Shown: piece after piece, positions 1-17,400 of the stretch
Layout: the number at the start of each line of letters is the position of its first letter
Numbering within the stretch: the stretch's first letter is position 1
Origin: the human T2T-CHM13v2.0 reference genome, Homo sapiens
NCBI GenBank assembly: GCA_009914755.4
Contig: CP086569.2
Span: 20,736,001-20,800,000 of the forward strand
Direction of reading: 5' to 3'
DNA length: 64,000 bases
Translations under genes and position numbers: made by a program
Notes under the pieces: generated by a model
Seen by the model: the letters and a program-made list of their open reading frames with translations, nothing else
The model's database searches: none
What the model was told of the DNA's origin: nothing

Positions 1-175
1 TCTTGTTCCCTGAACATTGCTGTTATCCTGTTCTTTTTTCAAGGTGCTGAGATTTCATATTGTTCAAACACACATCCTCTACAAACAATTTGTGCAGTTA
101 ACGCAATCATCACAGGGTCCTGTGGTGACATACATCCTCCTCAGCTTATGAAGATGATGAGATTAACAGATTAAA

Positions 176-340
176 GTAAAGACAGGCATAGGAAATCACA
201 TGGGTATTGATTGGGGAAGTGATAAGTGTCCATGAAATCTTCACAACTTATGTTCAGAGATTGTAGTAAAGACAGGTGTACAAAATTATAAAAGTATTAA
301 TTTCGTGTACTAATAAATGTCCATGAAATCTTCACAATTT
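176..340. repeat. Diverged tandem duplication, ~85-bp unit x2 (gtaaagacagg...ccatgaaatcttcacaa)
   Basis: Seen directly: unit 1 at ~176-263 and unit 2 at ~266-340 share the start 'gtaaagacagg' and the end 'gtccatgaaatcttcacaa(c/t)tt', with a diverged middle. Confidence 0.55.
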
Positions 341-869
341 ATTTTCTTCTGTCATGGCTTCAGCTGGTCCCTCCATTTGGGTTCCCTGACTTCCCACAAC
401 AAACCCTCTCTTGTAGTCTTGATCTGGACCCCTTTCCAGTTAGACAAACACACATCCCAATTGGGGACCCTGAAAATCCAGATTACAAGGGAAGAATTTT
501 AATCTCACCTAGAGCTTAAATGGATTTAGTGCAAAATATAAAACTAGAAACAGCAGCAAGAATAGCCTTGTAGGCATTCTGATTCTCCAGCTCAAGAACT
601 GCTCAAAACCATCCTAACTATACCTCACATAGACCTTTAGAGAGGGAAGCAGGTAAAATTTGACAGGGTTCATAGGGTAAAAGAGGCTTCCAACTCAATA
701 TAATAATATTAACTGGCACAAACTACCAAGAAAATCTGGGAAGTGAAAGGAAACTAATGCAGGAGGAAGCACAGAGTCCAGTGAAATAGGTTAAGGTCAC
801 TGGTCTCATTGTCTAAGGTGTTTTCTGAGCTTGTTATCTCACAATCAAGAAAACTAAGCAGTGTAGACA

Positions 870-1650
870 CAAAGGATGAGGTTGGATAAAATGTTTAAAA
901 AGTGAAAAAAGAAAGCTCTTTGCAGCCAAGATGAGAACCAGAGTGGGTTGCTGTTTTTACAGTTGAATCCAAGAGATTTTATGAGAAACTCCTCTCATTT
1001 CTGTAGCTGTTTATGTAACTTATAAGGAAGGCTGTCTGTACAAGTCCCCTTTATGTAGTGGTGGATATGTCTCTAGGCAAGCACAAAGGGCCAACTCTCT
1101 TGTTTTTTAAAGTTACAAAATCTTCTTCTGTGAGTTTGTGTTAGGTAAGCCCTGACCTCCCTGTTCAAGTTCCCCTGGAGCCCACCATGTATATGCCTGA
1201 AAACGGAAGGAAACTTTTTCCTGGGAGCCTGCTAATTCCACAAAGAACTAAAGTGTTCTGTGCTGGGCTCTGCTTTCTTCTCTAGCAGATGGAGCCTGAG
1301 TTTTCCCCAGTCTGCTCTATTTTTACCTATAGATGTGATTTTTTTTAGGCAGGTTTCTTCTCTGAGGACTAGCCTTAGTGGACTACCTAACCGATTTTTT
1401 CTTTTCTTCTCCATCATTATGCCCCCTCTCGAGTAGAGACCCTTATCACTCTTTGGGAAATTGAGCACTGATTTTTCTGTCTGTTTCCTGCTGGAGTGGG
1501 TCTCTGTGTGGGAAACAGCATCCAGGATTCCACCCAGGGCTCATTTAAGAATTTTTGGAAGAAAATTATTCCACATTTATGTATGGTTTCATTTGCATTG
1601 CCATGTGGAGCTTGATAGCCTCTAGGTAAAAAAAAAAAAAAAAAAAAAAG
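870..1650 (+). mobile_element. Unclassified interspersed repeat, copy A (paralogous to 15108-15600); terminates in an A22 tract
   Basis: Long collinear similarity to 15108-15600 (e.g. 'tttatgagaa.ctcctctcat.t.tgtagctgttt', 'ttcctgggagcct.ctaattccacaaa', 'gactagcct.agtg..ctacct'). The family could not be named from memory. The A-run at 1628-1649 suggests retroposition or an A-rich tail. Confidence 0.4.
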
Positions 1651-1659
1651 GAGGCTATC
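1614..1659. repeat. A22 tract flanked by a 9-bp inverted repeat (gatagcctc / gaggctatc)
   Basis: Seen directly: 'gatagcctctaggt' + A22 + 'aggaggctatc'. The two flanks are reverse complements, which gives a potential hairpin with a poly(A) loop. Confidence 0.6.
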
Positions 1660-2374
1660 AAAGACATTTATTAAAATGGGAGAAGGAGGGTAACAACAGT
1701 TCACAAATTTTGAAGCTGCTAACATGCTCTAATTACTGATGGCTATAGTTATTCCTGTTAAGATTTGTGTGTATGGGGCTTGGCTCTGGTTAGCTTCCTT
1801 GGCGTTACTTCCCCAAAAAGAAAACCTCTTGGTTATGGGTACTCTATTTACCTTATTACCTAGCAGGATTTGTAGAATAGTTGCCCAGAACTAGAAGGTT
1901 GTTCCAGATTTTTACATTCCCATCCCTTTCTGTCTCTTTTGAGCTACAGCCAGAGACTGCTGTTTAAAATGTAGTTGGAAACTTAAAAACCAGTAATGAG
2001 ACTACAAATTAATGACAGATGTATGATATGATTGTAAACATAATTTCTCTATCTCTAGTCTTCATTTTTGTTAAAAGCAAATCATAATAGGACTGAGATT
2101 TTTGAAAATTAGGCCTTGGTCTTATGCTTGTTCTGCTTATTTGCATTAAGCACAGCAAGAATACTTATTTTTTACATAGGCCTTTTAGACTGGCTTTGAT
2201 GGAACTCTATTTCATAAAAAATCTAAGATAGGACTTTCTAAAGCTGAACTTAACCATGGATTTGTACCCTCCAATATCTGTGAGTTGGGTAAATTTCTCT
2301 CTCCTTGAGGTCCCAAGAGCACATAGGTTTTCATCCTATTGTAAAGTCACATTCTTTACTCACTGGAGCTTACT

Positions 2375-3222
2375 GTAGGGTCCAGCCCCAAAGGGTCGGT
2401 GGATTTTCTCCCTGTGTGCAGAGATGAGAGAGTGTAGAAATAAAGACACAAGACAAAGAGATAAAAGAGAAGACAGCTGGGCCTGGGGGGCCACTGCCAC
2501 CAAGATGTGGAGACTGGTAGTGGCCCCGAATGCCAGTCTGTGCTGATATTTATTGGATACAAGACAAAGGGGCAGGGTAAGGAGTGTGAGCCATCTCCAG
2601 TGATAGGTAAGTTCATGTGGGTCAAATGTCCACTGGACAGGGGGCCCTTGCCTGCCTGGCAGCTGAGGCAGAGAGAGAGAGAGAGAGAATTTATGCCATT
2701 ATTTCTGCTTATCAGAGACTTTTAGTACTTTCACTAATTTGCTACTACTCTCTAAAAGGCAGAGCCAGGTGTACAGGATGGAACATGAAGGTGGAATAGG
2801 AGTGTGACCACTGAAGCACAGCATCACAGGGAGATGGTTAGGCCTCTGGACAACTGTGGGTGGGCCTGATGTCAGGCCTTCCACAAGAGGTGGAGGAGTA
2901 GAGTCTTCTCTAAACTCTCCCAGGGAAAGGAAGACTCCCTTTCCCAGTCTGCTAAATAGTGGGTGATTTTCCCTGACACTGACACTACCATTAGACCACA
3001 GTCTGCTTGGCAACAGGAGTCTTACCAGATGCTGGAGTTACCAGTAGACCATGGAGGCCTCTGGTGGCCCTGTCTGGGCATAACAGAAAGCTTGCACTCT
3101 TGTCTTCTGGTCACTTCTCACTATGTCCCCTCAGCTCCTATCTCTGTATGGCCTGGTTTTTCCCAGGTTATGATTGTAGAGCAAGGATTATTATAATATT
3201 GGAATAAAGAGTAATTGCTACA
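2375..3222 (+). mobile_element. Putative solo ERV LTR (~850 bp, TG...CA termini), family uncertain
   Basis: It starts 'tgtaggg' and ends 'gctaca'. It contains a (GA)n tract at ~2672-2690 and an 'aataaa' near its 3' end. The overall motif content ('tgtagaaataaagacacaagacaaagagataaaag', 'ggatacaagacaaaggggcagggtaagg') recalls a primate ERV LTR. A TSD could not be confirmed by eye. Confidence 0.4.
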
Positions 3223-4865
3223 AACTAATGGTGAATGATATTAATATATAATCATATCTAAGATCTATATCTAGTATAACTATTCTTATTTTATATATTT
3301 TATTACACTGGAACAACTCATGCCCTTGGTCTCTTGCCTTGGCACCTGGGTGGTGCCCACAGCCTACAAACCTTGTACAGGGACTGTGTAGACAAGGTTC
3401 ATTTTTCCAAGGGGCTTTCATTGACTTTGTAAGTGAAGGTTCACCCCTTAAAGGGAAACACATCCTTCCAGTCAAAGCCTTTGTAAAACAGCCAGTTTTT
3501 CCAGTTTTGTGTTGTTGCAAAAGAAAATGGATTCTTATTGCTCTGATTCAGACCACTATATTTTTGTAAGTCAGGAATACTCACAACTAGTTTCTGAGTA
3601 CTAGAAGAACCAGGCAGTGAAACACAAATATGTTCCAAATGTTGTTCACAAGAGTGTACCTTACTCAATTGATAAAAGCTATAGCTAGCTCAAAAGCCTA
3701 ACCTGAAAAAAACAAAACAATGATCAGCAATGTTCCAAGCAAAAGTCAAAAAGATTATTTAACTTCATATATTTGTTTATTTTATTTAGTTAACTCTTGT
3801 TCTGTTTGATATACATAAATACTTCAGCTTTTCATGAGTCCTATATATTTTCCTGTTATCAGAAACCTGAATTTGACAGCAACTCTTATAGTTCTAGAGC
3901 TGATAATAGATCATCCTTTGAAGAGGATTAAAACATGAAAATTTTCTGTTATGACAAAATGGCTAGTATAGTTATAGCCAAGAATGTAATTGACATAGAA
4001 ACTTAGGTATTTCTGTGGTTTACAACAGCTTAACATAATAAATTTAATTATGACTGATAGCAAAAAATCAGACATTAGAACCTGAGACATTTCATCCAGT
4101 TTTAGAACATACGTTAACATTATTTACTGAAATATACCTGAAGAAATTAGGTATAATTTAGGCAAAGTCATGTATCTAAAAAAGTTAAATAATCCTGTTT
4201 TCCTCTCATTTGAACATTCTACTGGCCTCTGTAGTATCCAGAAGCAAGGGTGTCAGGGAAGATGACATTGAAACTGTAGTTTTTACTTTGGGAAGTCTGT
4301 TAAATATGTTAGAGTTTTAAAACATTTGATGTTATGAAACAGAATTCCATATTACCATAGGTTGTTTATTTTGCTAAAATGTGACTCAAAAATTTGAAAA
4401 AGCAAAAACCTTTCATTAACCTTCAGTATTACATAAAAATTCTGTTCAAGAAAGGAAAAAGCCAATTATCATGTCTGCATTTTTCTACTATTAATTTTTA
4501 ATCTAATTTTTAATAAAATATTACAGACAATTCTACTCAGTCTCAACCAGTTTGATAAGGAGGATAAATTTTCACAAAACTTTTACAACCCCTTCAAATT
4601 TTTTTCTTTTTCTGTCTTTTTTTTTTTACCAGTCTAAGAAGCATTTATTTATTTATTTTTATTACACTTGAAGTTTTAGGGTACATGTGTGCAACATGCT
4701 GCTTTGTTACATATCTATACATGTGCCATGTTGGTGTGCTGCACCCATTACCTAGTCATTTAACATTAGGTATATCTCCTAATGCTATCCCTCCCCACTC
4801 CCTCCACCCCACAAAAGGCCCCAGTGTGTGACGTTCCCCTTCCTGTGTCCATTTGTTCTCATTGT

Positions 4866-8690
<3,825 letters not shown>

Positions 8691-8754
8691 TTATGATGTT
8701 AGCTGGTTATTTTGCTAGCTAGTTGATGCAGTTTCTTCCTAGCCTTGATGGTCT

Positions 8755-9762
8755 TTACAATTTGGCATGTTTTTGCAGTCGCTGGTATTGTTTGTTCCTT
8801 CCCATGTTGAATGCTTCCTTCAGGAGCTCTTTTAGGGCAGGCCTGGTGGTGACAAAATCTCTCAGCATTTGCTTGTCTGTAAAGGATTTTATTTCTCCTT
8901 CACTTATGAAGCTTATTTTGGCTGGATATGAAATTCTGGGTTGAAAATTCTTTTCTTTAAGTATGCTGAATATTGGCCCCCACTCTCTTCTGGCTTCTAG
9001 ATTTCTGCAGAGAGATCCGCTCTTATTCTGATGGATTTCCCTTTGTAGGTAACCCAACATTTCTGTCTGGCTGCCCTAACATGTGTTCCTCCATTTCAAC
9101 TTTGTTGAATCTGACAATTATTTGTCCTGGAGTTTCTCTTCTTGAGGAGTATCTTTGTGGGATTCTCTGTATTTCCTGATTTTGAATGTTGGCTTGCCTT
9201 GCTAGATTGGGGAAGTTCTCCTGGATAATATCCTGCAGAGTGTTTTCCAACCTCTTTCCATTCTCCCCGTCACTTTCAGGTAAACCAATCAGACCTAGAT
9301 TTGGTCTTTTCACATAGTCCCATATTTCTTGGAGGCTTTGTTCATTTCTTTTTATTTTTTTCTCTAAACTTCTCTTCTCTCTTCATTTCATTCATTTGAT
9401 CTTCCATCACTGATAACCTTTCTTCCAGTTGATTGAATTGGCTACAGAAGCTTGTGCATTTGTCATGTAGTCCTTGTGCCATGGTTTTCAGCTCTACCAG
9501 GTCCTTTAAGGACTTCTCTGCATTGGTTATTCTAGTTAGACATTTATCTAATTTTTTTCATGGTTTTTAACTTCTTTGCCATGGGTTCAAACTTCCTCCT
9601 TTAGCTCGGAGTAATTTGATCATCTGAAGCCTTCTCTCAACTCATCAATTCATTCTCCATCCAGCTTTATTCCATTGCTGGTGAGGAGCTACATTCCTTT
9701 GGAGGAGGAGAGGCACTGTGATTTTTATAGTTTCTGGTTTTTCTGCTGTTTTTCCTCCATCT
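8755..9762 (-). pseudogene. L1 ORF1 (RNA-binding protein), disrupted
   Basis: Minus ORFs 8755-9060 and 9023-9313 encode L1 ORF1 C-terminal peptides ('MKRPNLGLIGLPESDGENGKRLENTLQDIIQENFPNLARQANIQ'). The reverse-complemented ATG is at ~9760. Confidence 0.8.
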
Positions 9763-12700
9763 TTGTGGTTTTATCTACCTCTGGTCTTTGATGATGGTGA
9801 CATACAGATGGGGTTTTGGTGTGGATATCCGTTGTGTTTGTTAGTTTTCCTTCTAACAGTCAGAACCCTCAGCTTCAGGTCTGTTGGAGTTTGCTGGAGT
9901 TCCACTCCAGACACTGTCTGGATATCAGCCTGGGTGTCAGCAGCAGAGGCTGTAGAACAGAGGATATTGCTGAACAGCAAATGTTGCTTCCTGATTGTTC
10001 CTCCAGAAGTTTTCTCTCAGAGGAGTACCCGGCCATGTGAGATGTCAGTCTGCCCCTACTGGGGGTGCCTCCCAGTTAGGCTACTCAGGGTCAGGTATCC
10101 ACTTGAGGAGGCATTGTGTCCATTCTCAGATCTCCAGCTGTGTGCTGGGAGAACCAATACTGTCTTCAAAACTGTCACACAGGGACATTTAATTCTGCAG
10201 AGATTTCTGCTGCCTTTTGTTTGGCTATGCCCTGCCCCCAGAAGTGGAGTCTACAGAGGCAGGCATGCCTCCTTGAGTTGTGGTGGGCTTCACACTTTTG
10301 GAGCTTCCCAGCTGCTTTGTTTACCTACTCAAACTGCAGCAATGGCAGGCGCCCCTCCCCCAGCCTTCCTGCCATCTTGCAGTTTGATCTCAGACTGCTG
10401 TGCTAGCAATGAGGGAGGCCCCGTGGGTGTAGGACCCTCTGAACCAGGAGTGGGATATAATCTCCTTGTGTTCCATTTGCTAAGACCATTTGAAAAGCAC
10501 AGTATTGGGTGGGAGTGACCCTATTTTCTAGGTGCTCTCTGTCACCCTTTCTTTGAATAGGAAAGGGAATTCCCTGACCCCTTATGCTTCTAAGGTGAGG
10601 TGATACCTCACCCTCCTTTGGCTCATGCTCACTGCACTGCACCCACTGTCCTGCAACCACTGTCCAACCCTCCCCAGTGAGATGAACCCTGTACCTCAGT
10701 TGGAAATGCAGAAATCACCTGTCTTCTGCATCGCTAATACTGGGAGCTGTAGACTGGAGCTGTTCCTATTTGGTCATCTTGGCTCCAACCACCCCTTCAA
10801 ATATTTTTCTAAAGAGCATATTAACATCTTAAGAAAGCCTTGTTTTGCTTTTATTTAATACTAAATTTATGAAAAATCCTCTTGAATTTATTCAATAAAT
10901 CAATATACAGAGTTTCCTGTGCAAAATTAATTTTTACAATCTTTCTACAATTTTTTAAATATTTTACTTATTTTATCTAATTTAAGACAATCCTTTATCC
11001 CTAGGCAAAATTAGGGTTTCTATGCCTTCTTATGATCTTTTACTAAAAACACATTTTACTGTATTTACATACCTTGCATTGAAATCTATTTTCAATAGTT
11101 TCAATTACATGTCATAATGGCAATTCTTAGCAACTTTCACATTAATGTAAAACCTGGTAGGTTGTTTCAATGATACCTTAGCTGCAGAAAAAGTTTGACT
11201 CCTTCCAAAATAATTAGAAACATCATTATTTCCGTATGTTCCCAGGCCTTATCCATTGTGAAGTAAGTAAAATCAACAGTTCCCCAAGAGGAAAGAAGCA
11301 GTTTACATTCTTGAAACATTTAGCAAACCTAGTATTTGACTTGTGTAATTTAGACCACATCTTTATGTCTAGAAAACACTTGTATATTACCAATAATCTC
11401 CAAGATTTTTTATTTATTTTTGAAAATTGATGTCACATAAAGTAAGAGGCATTACAGCTTTTATTTTTTCTAAAATATTGTAGGCCAATGAATTACAGCT
11501 TTTTTAAAAGAGACATCATACACATAATGCATATATGACTACACAGACAGAAGAAGATCCAGTAGCTCAGGGTATACCCTTTTAAGAATAGTGCTAGGAA
11601 ATCATGTAGTTTTTGGGACCTAACAAACAGGCATAGCTGGAAGATTAAAACAGATTTTCATAGGGATTTAGCCACCACTAATTCCAGGGGTTCCCTGAGG
11701 AAAATAGAGATTTTTTTCCTCAAAATGGAATCTGTAACACCTTTTCTGTTTTCATAAGGAGTCCCAGGTCACCAGACGTCATCTTACACTCTTTCAGGCA
11801 TGCACCAACATTGGCAAGGCAGAGTGGAGAAAAGTAATTCAGCCAAATATGTTTTTTCCAGAAAAACAACACTAATTAAGAGAAAAACATAGAGGCCTTT
11901 AAACTATACCTATAGCTTATATATTCATTTTTAATTAAGCTGAGTGCTTTTTAATAAAGTCCTTTTTTATTAATCAAAACTTTACAAAGAATAAATACTG
12001 TAATTCTTATCTTTTTCTTTAACCAGAATTACTTGTTCACAATCATGTTCAGTTTCCTCAGTGTTTTCTAGGAGGAAGTGGCTGAATTCAGGCAACGATA
12101 CGTTTTTAACTAGACTGTAGACTGGACTGTAGATTCCTCTAGGAGCAAAATAGGATATTTGGGGGAGGTGATATTGTCTGTTAGCCAGAGACTCTATTTT
12201 GAAGGTAGCAGTACCCTATATATTGTGTGGTATGTAAGTAGTTGAGTTATTCCCCATGGTTATCCTACTGGCCTCTGGCACCAAGAAAGCCATCACTGCA
12301 AATGCTTGAAGGCAGGCTGCCCATCCTTTACTCACCGATTTAAGTTACTTGCTTATCTAATTCACTGACTATTGAGCTGGACCTCCAGCCTGAGATAAAA
12401 CTCTCAGTGCCATTCCCTTTCCCAGTTTCATAGAGACTGAATGCCTTACCTATGGGAACACTGAGAGCTGGTGTTTTTAGTAAGAGTTACTTTAGATAGT
12501 TAAAGACATTTTGAGCCTCAAGTTTCCAGGTCAAATAATGACTTTTAACTGCTTGAGTTTCTTTTATGAGGTGGTGTAAATCAGAAGCTATTTCACCATA
12601 CCTGGGTACCCACAGTCTGCAAAACCCTGCAGTGCCTAAGAATCCCCTGAACTGTTAAAGAAAATGGGATTAATTCTCATATGGTGCTCTTGTCCCTTCT

Positions 12701-12945
12701 GATAAGACCAGACCTAGGTATTTTAATAAATCTGAGACAGGTGAGCTTTAGATTTTAACACTCTATATGCCCTTTCAGCTAAGAAATTGAGGAGAGCCTC
12801 AGTGTCTTTGTGAAACTTCCTCCAGTGGGGCACATAGGAGAGTGACATTTAAATACTGCAAAGTTTCTACTTGGGGATGAGAAAAAATAAAAAGATATTC
12901 AGGTATGCTTATTTCTGTAACTTTCTTTTGATATCAGGGGCTGCC

Positions 12946-13033
12946 TAAGTAATAAACCTATTCATTGAATTGGGAGACAGGGAGGTGTAAGTAATAAACC
13001 TGTTTTTTTGTTGAATTGGGAGACAGGGAGATG
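12946..13033. repeat. Tandem duplication (~44-bp unit x2: taagtaataaacct...gaattgggagacagggag)
   Basis: Seen directly: 'taagtaataaacctattcattgaattgggagacagggaggtg' followed by 'taagtaataaacctgtttttttgttgaattgggagacagggagatg'. Confidence 0.7.
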
Positions 13034-13964
13034 TATTTCTCTAAGACCTCTTTTAGCCTTTTCATAGAGGCTGAGGGGTTTCCATCTGGTTTTTGATCCT
13101 ATTTTGGAAAGCTTGGAGTAGTTAATACATTTACTTTAGTCTCTTGCAAGTCCTCCAGTACACAAATTTGAAAGAATTTCCTTCTCCATTTTTGATTGTT
13201 ATCACTGTGGTCTCATTTATGGTCCTCCAATTCACTGTTGGCTTCCCTGTTGGCTTCCCCTTCCCTGAAACATTCTTCCAAGAGACTTTAAATACTTGGA
13301 TTAAATTCTAGAATGCCTCTATATATCTATCAGGGAGATGAGAGAATTTGCCTAGGTCCTCCTTTATTTGTCTAGGGTTCTGCAGTGAGCAGGGAAATTT
13401 AACTCTAGTAGCACCATGTCCATTGGACATTTTCTGCAGATGCAAAAATGCAGTTGGGTATTACTCAAAGTAAACTTCAGAGTCTGAGAGATGAAGGAGA
13501 TTCAGGCTGCACTGAAGGGGACTGCAGGCTTAAAGATTACTGATCTGGAAAAGACAGAAGAAAAGGCATTGGTCAGTCTTCTGAGTGACTTAGGGTGGAG
13601 AGAAAGGCTGAAATAGCATCTCTCCTCACCACTTTTATCTGGTCCTCTGTGTTCTGGCACCTGTCAGAGGTGCCACACATGGATGCAAGCATGACCTTCA
13701 CCCATGGATTGGGAGAACCTAGTCAGCAGAATTAGTCATGTTTACCTCTGCAGGGACATAGCCTTCCATGCTGCTTGTTTCCTAGACCCTGTTGGCCCAT
13801 AAAGTTCCCAGGGTGCCATAGGGGTCTTGGGAAATATTGAAATTCCAGAGAATTGGACCGACTCACTTTCAAACATAAAATCCCCTTTTTGTTAAAACAC
13901 TAATGTAGTTGGATGCAGAATAGGTGCCTCAAAAGAACATAAAGATTGGCTGTTTTCTTGACCT

Positions 13965-14258
<294 letters not shown>

Positions 14259-15107
14259 TTCCTGACTGCTAAAGGTAGAGATTCACTGTTTACAGAAAGA
14301 GCATGGAGCCTGATCTCTAATAGATGGAGGTAGGAGGGTGAGGAATTGGGGAACTGAAGGGTCCACAACAAGGATAAAAATATTTCATTTGACTTGGTGC
14401 TGTAAGATCTGAGATATAATAACTCAAATTCTTTAAATTCTTTCCAGCAGAAGTTAGAAAGTGAGGTTTGTGGTTTAATCAGGAATTCACATGATATGCC
14501 TCCCAGTGAAGGGAAATTAACTTTTCTCATTAAAAAAACTGTTTAAATTTATTGGGTAGTGCTCAGCTTTTACATGGAGAAAAAAAAACAACCCAATTGG
14601 ACAGGGAGGAGAGCATTCATTTAGTGTGAAATATTCTCCTATGTAGTGTACAAATGTGTATAATTGGAGACAAAAAGTACCCACTAGATGAGGTTTACAC
14701 TGAAATTCTGAGGTCTTCTTGACCAAGGAAATCACAGAAGCAGCAATTCTTCAAGTTACATTCCTGATTACTAAGGCACTGGCTAACTTTACCCAACAAT
14801 ATTACATCCTTAGGCTGTAAAAAAACACCCACAGTATTGCACAGAAGAAGGGATAGTAGACATGAAAGCTGTGAAAAGAAAAAAAGTGCAAAAAAATTCT
14901 GAAATTCCTGGTGCTGATACAAGACAGGCTGTCAGAGTCTGGAGTTAGCCCAAGGAACTTCAGGTAACACTGAGGTGTATCCTTGGTCAGAAATCTTTCT
15001 TTGCTTTATGACCTCCTTTCAAATTCACATGATGGTTAGATCCTCCATGAAAGCAAACTGGACTGAAACAGACTCAACATTCCCAAAACCCAATGACAAC
15101 TGGGCAC

Positions 15108-15600
15108 AAAGAGTGAGGTTGAAGTGAAAGTTTAAAAAGCAAATAGGAAGGCTCTTTGTACTGTAAAGAGGAGCTGAGGGGGCTGTTATTCTTAGAGTTA
15201 AATCCAAAAGCTTTTATGAGAATCTCCTCTCATCTTTGTAGCTGTTTGGATAACTTTTCTAATTTGAAAAGCTTTCTATACAATTTTTCTCTTATTTATG
15301 TAGGTGTTAGCATGTCTCTAAGCAAGCACAAAGAGACACTTCTCTTGTTTGTATAACTGGTTTTGTTTTAGGGAAGCCTTCTTCCTCCTTGTGCAAGTTC
15401 CCATGGAGCTGATTATGTATATTCCCAAAAATAGAAGGAAAGTTTTTCCTGGGAGCCTACTAATTCCACAAAAAGAAGTCTTTTCTGCTGGGCCTTGCCT
15501 GCTTATTTTTGCTTGTAGATGTGACTTTTTTAGGTAGGTTGCTTCTACAAGGACTAGCCTCAGTGATCTACCTGATTTTTACTCATGTTCTTCCTCACCA
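15108..15600 (+). mobile_element. Unclassified interspersed repeat, copy B (paralogous to 870-1650)
   Basis: It has the same order of conserved blocks as copy A. The similarity may extend to ~15890. Confidence 0.4.
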
Positions 15601-15892
15601 TGGCCAACAATGTGGGCAGATGAGAATGAGAAACGCCTGAAAGCTATGCTTGCTTTCTTGCAGGGGAAGCTTATAACCTGGAACAAGTTTTGAATCTGAC
15701 GTGTGCACATTGTCTGTAGATAAACTTGGTTCTGTGAGTGCAGCACAGAGAAAGTGAGACTGGCCTCACCAACTGCCTGGTAGCTGGGCAAGATCTATTT
15801 CTACTGGCTTGCCCCCACTTTCCTAGTGACAGAGGCAGCCATACTACCCTCTGGAACATAACCTCATTTGCCCATGAACCACTCCTATTTCT

Positions 15893-15960
15893 CACTGGCT
15901 AATTTTATACTTTTAGTGCAGACAGGGTTTCACCATGTAGGTCAGGCTATTCTCAAGTAT
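15893..15960 (-). mobile_element. Alu fragment that is a duplicate of part of the Alu at 14130-14195
   Basis: It shares the same non-consensus substitutions ('cactggctaatttt', 'atgtaggtcaggctattctcaa') with the upstream Alu. Shared private mutations imply duplication rather than independent insertion. Confidence 0.5.
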
Positions 15961-17400
15961 TCTCAGCAAGCCCTGTCCAAGCAGTGTCTGATCTCAGACC
16001 TGCCTAACTCTGACCCCATCTGATTTAAATTTTCTACCTACCATGGTAGCTGAGTACAAAAGACATAAATTTGTGGAAACTTTTATTGCTCTGTCCATCA
16101 CATGAGTTACCAGCATACTTATCTTGGCCAACTTAGGGAGCCTTTTATTTTCTTGCCACTATTGCAGTTGGTGCTCTCTTGAAAGTGCCGCCTCCTCGCT
16201 GGTGGCCAATTAACTAAGGAAATTACAGCAACTCATGACAGAATAACCTTGCTTCAAGCAAGGATAAAACAACAGCTAATTCCAGTGCCTGCAACAAGCT
16301 GACTAATGAAAGTCTCTGAGCCTGCCCACATGAAACTCTACTGCTAGCATAATTAGTATTTGAGACAGTCAGCACACTAAACATATCTATAACAAAGGAC
16401 TCTCTCAGAGTCTACTTCACACCCAGGCTACCTTCACCAGAGCAGGTGTTGATTTTGCTGGGAGAACTGAAGATAGATCACATCACAATATTCTTTGAAA
16501 AATTCTCAATCACAAGTCCAATGCCTGGCAGTCACACTGGGTGTGGGTGGACCCAAAAATGCCAAAACATTAACTGCCACCTAGCTCTCACAAAACTCCA
16601 TTTCTAGGGGAAGGAGAAGCACAACACATCAAGGGATCATCTTGTGTTACAAAATAACTTAATAGCATCCCGTGAGTTCCAGATTTTTTTCAATGAAGTA
16701 CTCTACACAATTGAAAAGGAAACATAAAAATAATTTGGTATTATGACAAAACAAGGTTCTATAACATCCACAAAAGACCATACTAGCTACCCAGTAATGG
16801 ATTCAAACCAAGAAGAAATCTCTAAATTGCCAGCTTAAAAATTTGGAAGGTTGATTATTAAGCTACTAAAAATGATACCAAAGAAATGTGAAAATGAAAT
16901 TAAAGAAATAAAAAAGATATGGATAAAAACTAATCTCCAGAAGTTGATACTTTAAAGAAAAAAGAACCACAATTTCTGGAGATGAAAGACACACTTAGAG
17001 GAGTACAAAATGCACTTCAAACTGTCAATAATAGACTAAAACAAGTAGAATAAAGAACCTCAGAGCTCAAAGGCAAAGTTTTTGAATTAACTCAATGAAA
17101 CAGAGACAAAGAAACAAGAATATTTAAAAAATCAACAAAGCCTCCAAGAAATTTGGGATTATGTTAAAGAGCAAACCTAATAATAACTGATATTTCTGAG
17201 AAAGAAGAGAAATCTAAAAAAATTGAAAATACATATTTGAGGAAATAATTAAAAAATAATTTCCTGGCTTCACTACAGATCTAAATACCCAAATACAAGG
17301 AGCTAAAAAGAACAATTGGGAAATTTATTGCACAAAAAGTTAGTCATCAGGTTATCTACAGTCAAGGTAAAGAAAAGAGCCTTAAAAACTGTTGAGAAGA
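15960..17400 (+). mobile_element. Ancient L1 (L1M-like) 5' region and ORF1
   Basis: Translates to L1M ORF1-like peptides ('...TKQGSITSTKDHTSYPVMDSNQEEISKLPA...', 'NKEPQSSKAKFLN*LNETETKKQEYLKNQQSLQEIWDYVKEQT'). Confidence 0.6.

Noticed and set aside
2375-3222. Assigning the 850-bp TG..CA element to the LTR12 family
   Set aside because: Its motifs felt LTR12-like from memory. However, the clearly LTR12 segment at 36121-36805 has a different 5' sequence, so the two cannot both be LTR12 5' ends. I left the family undetermined.
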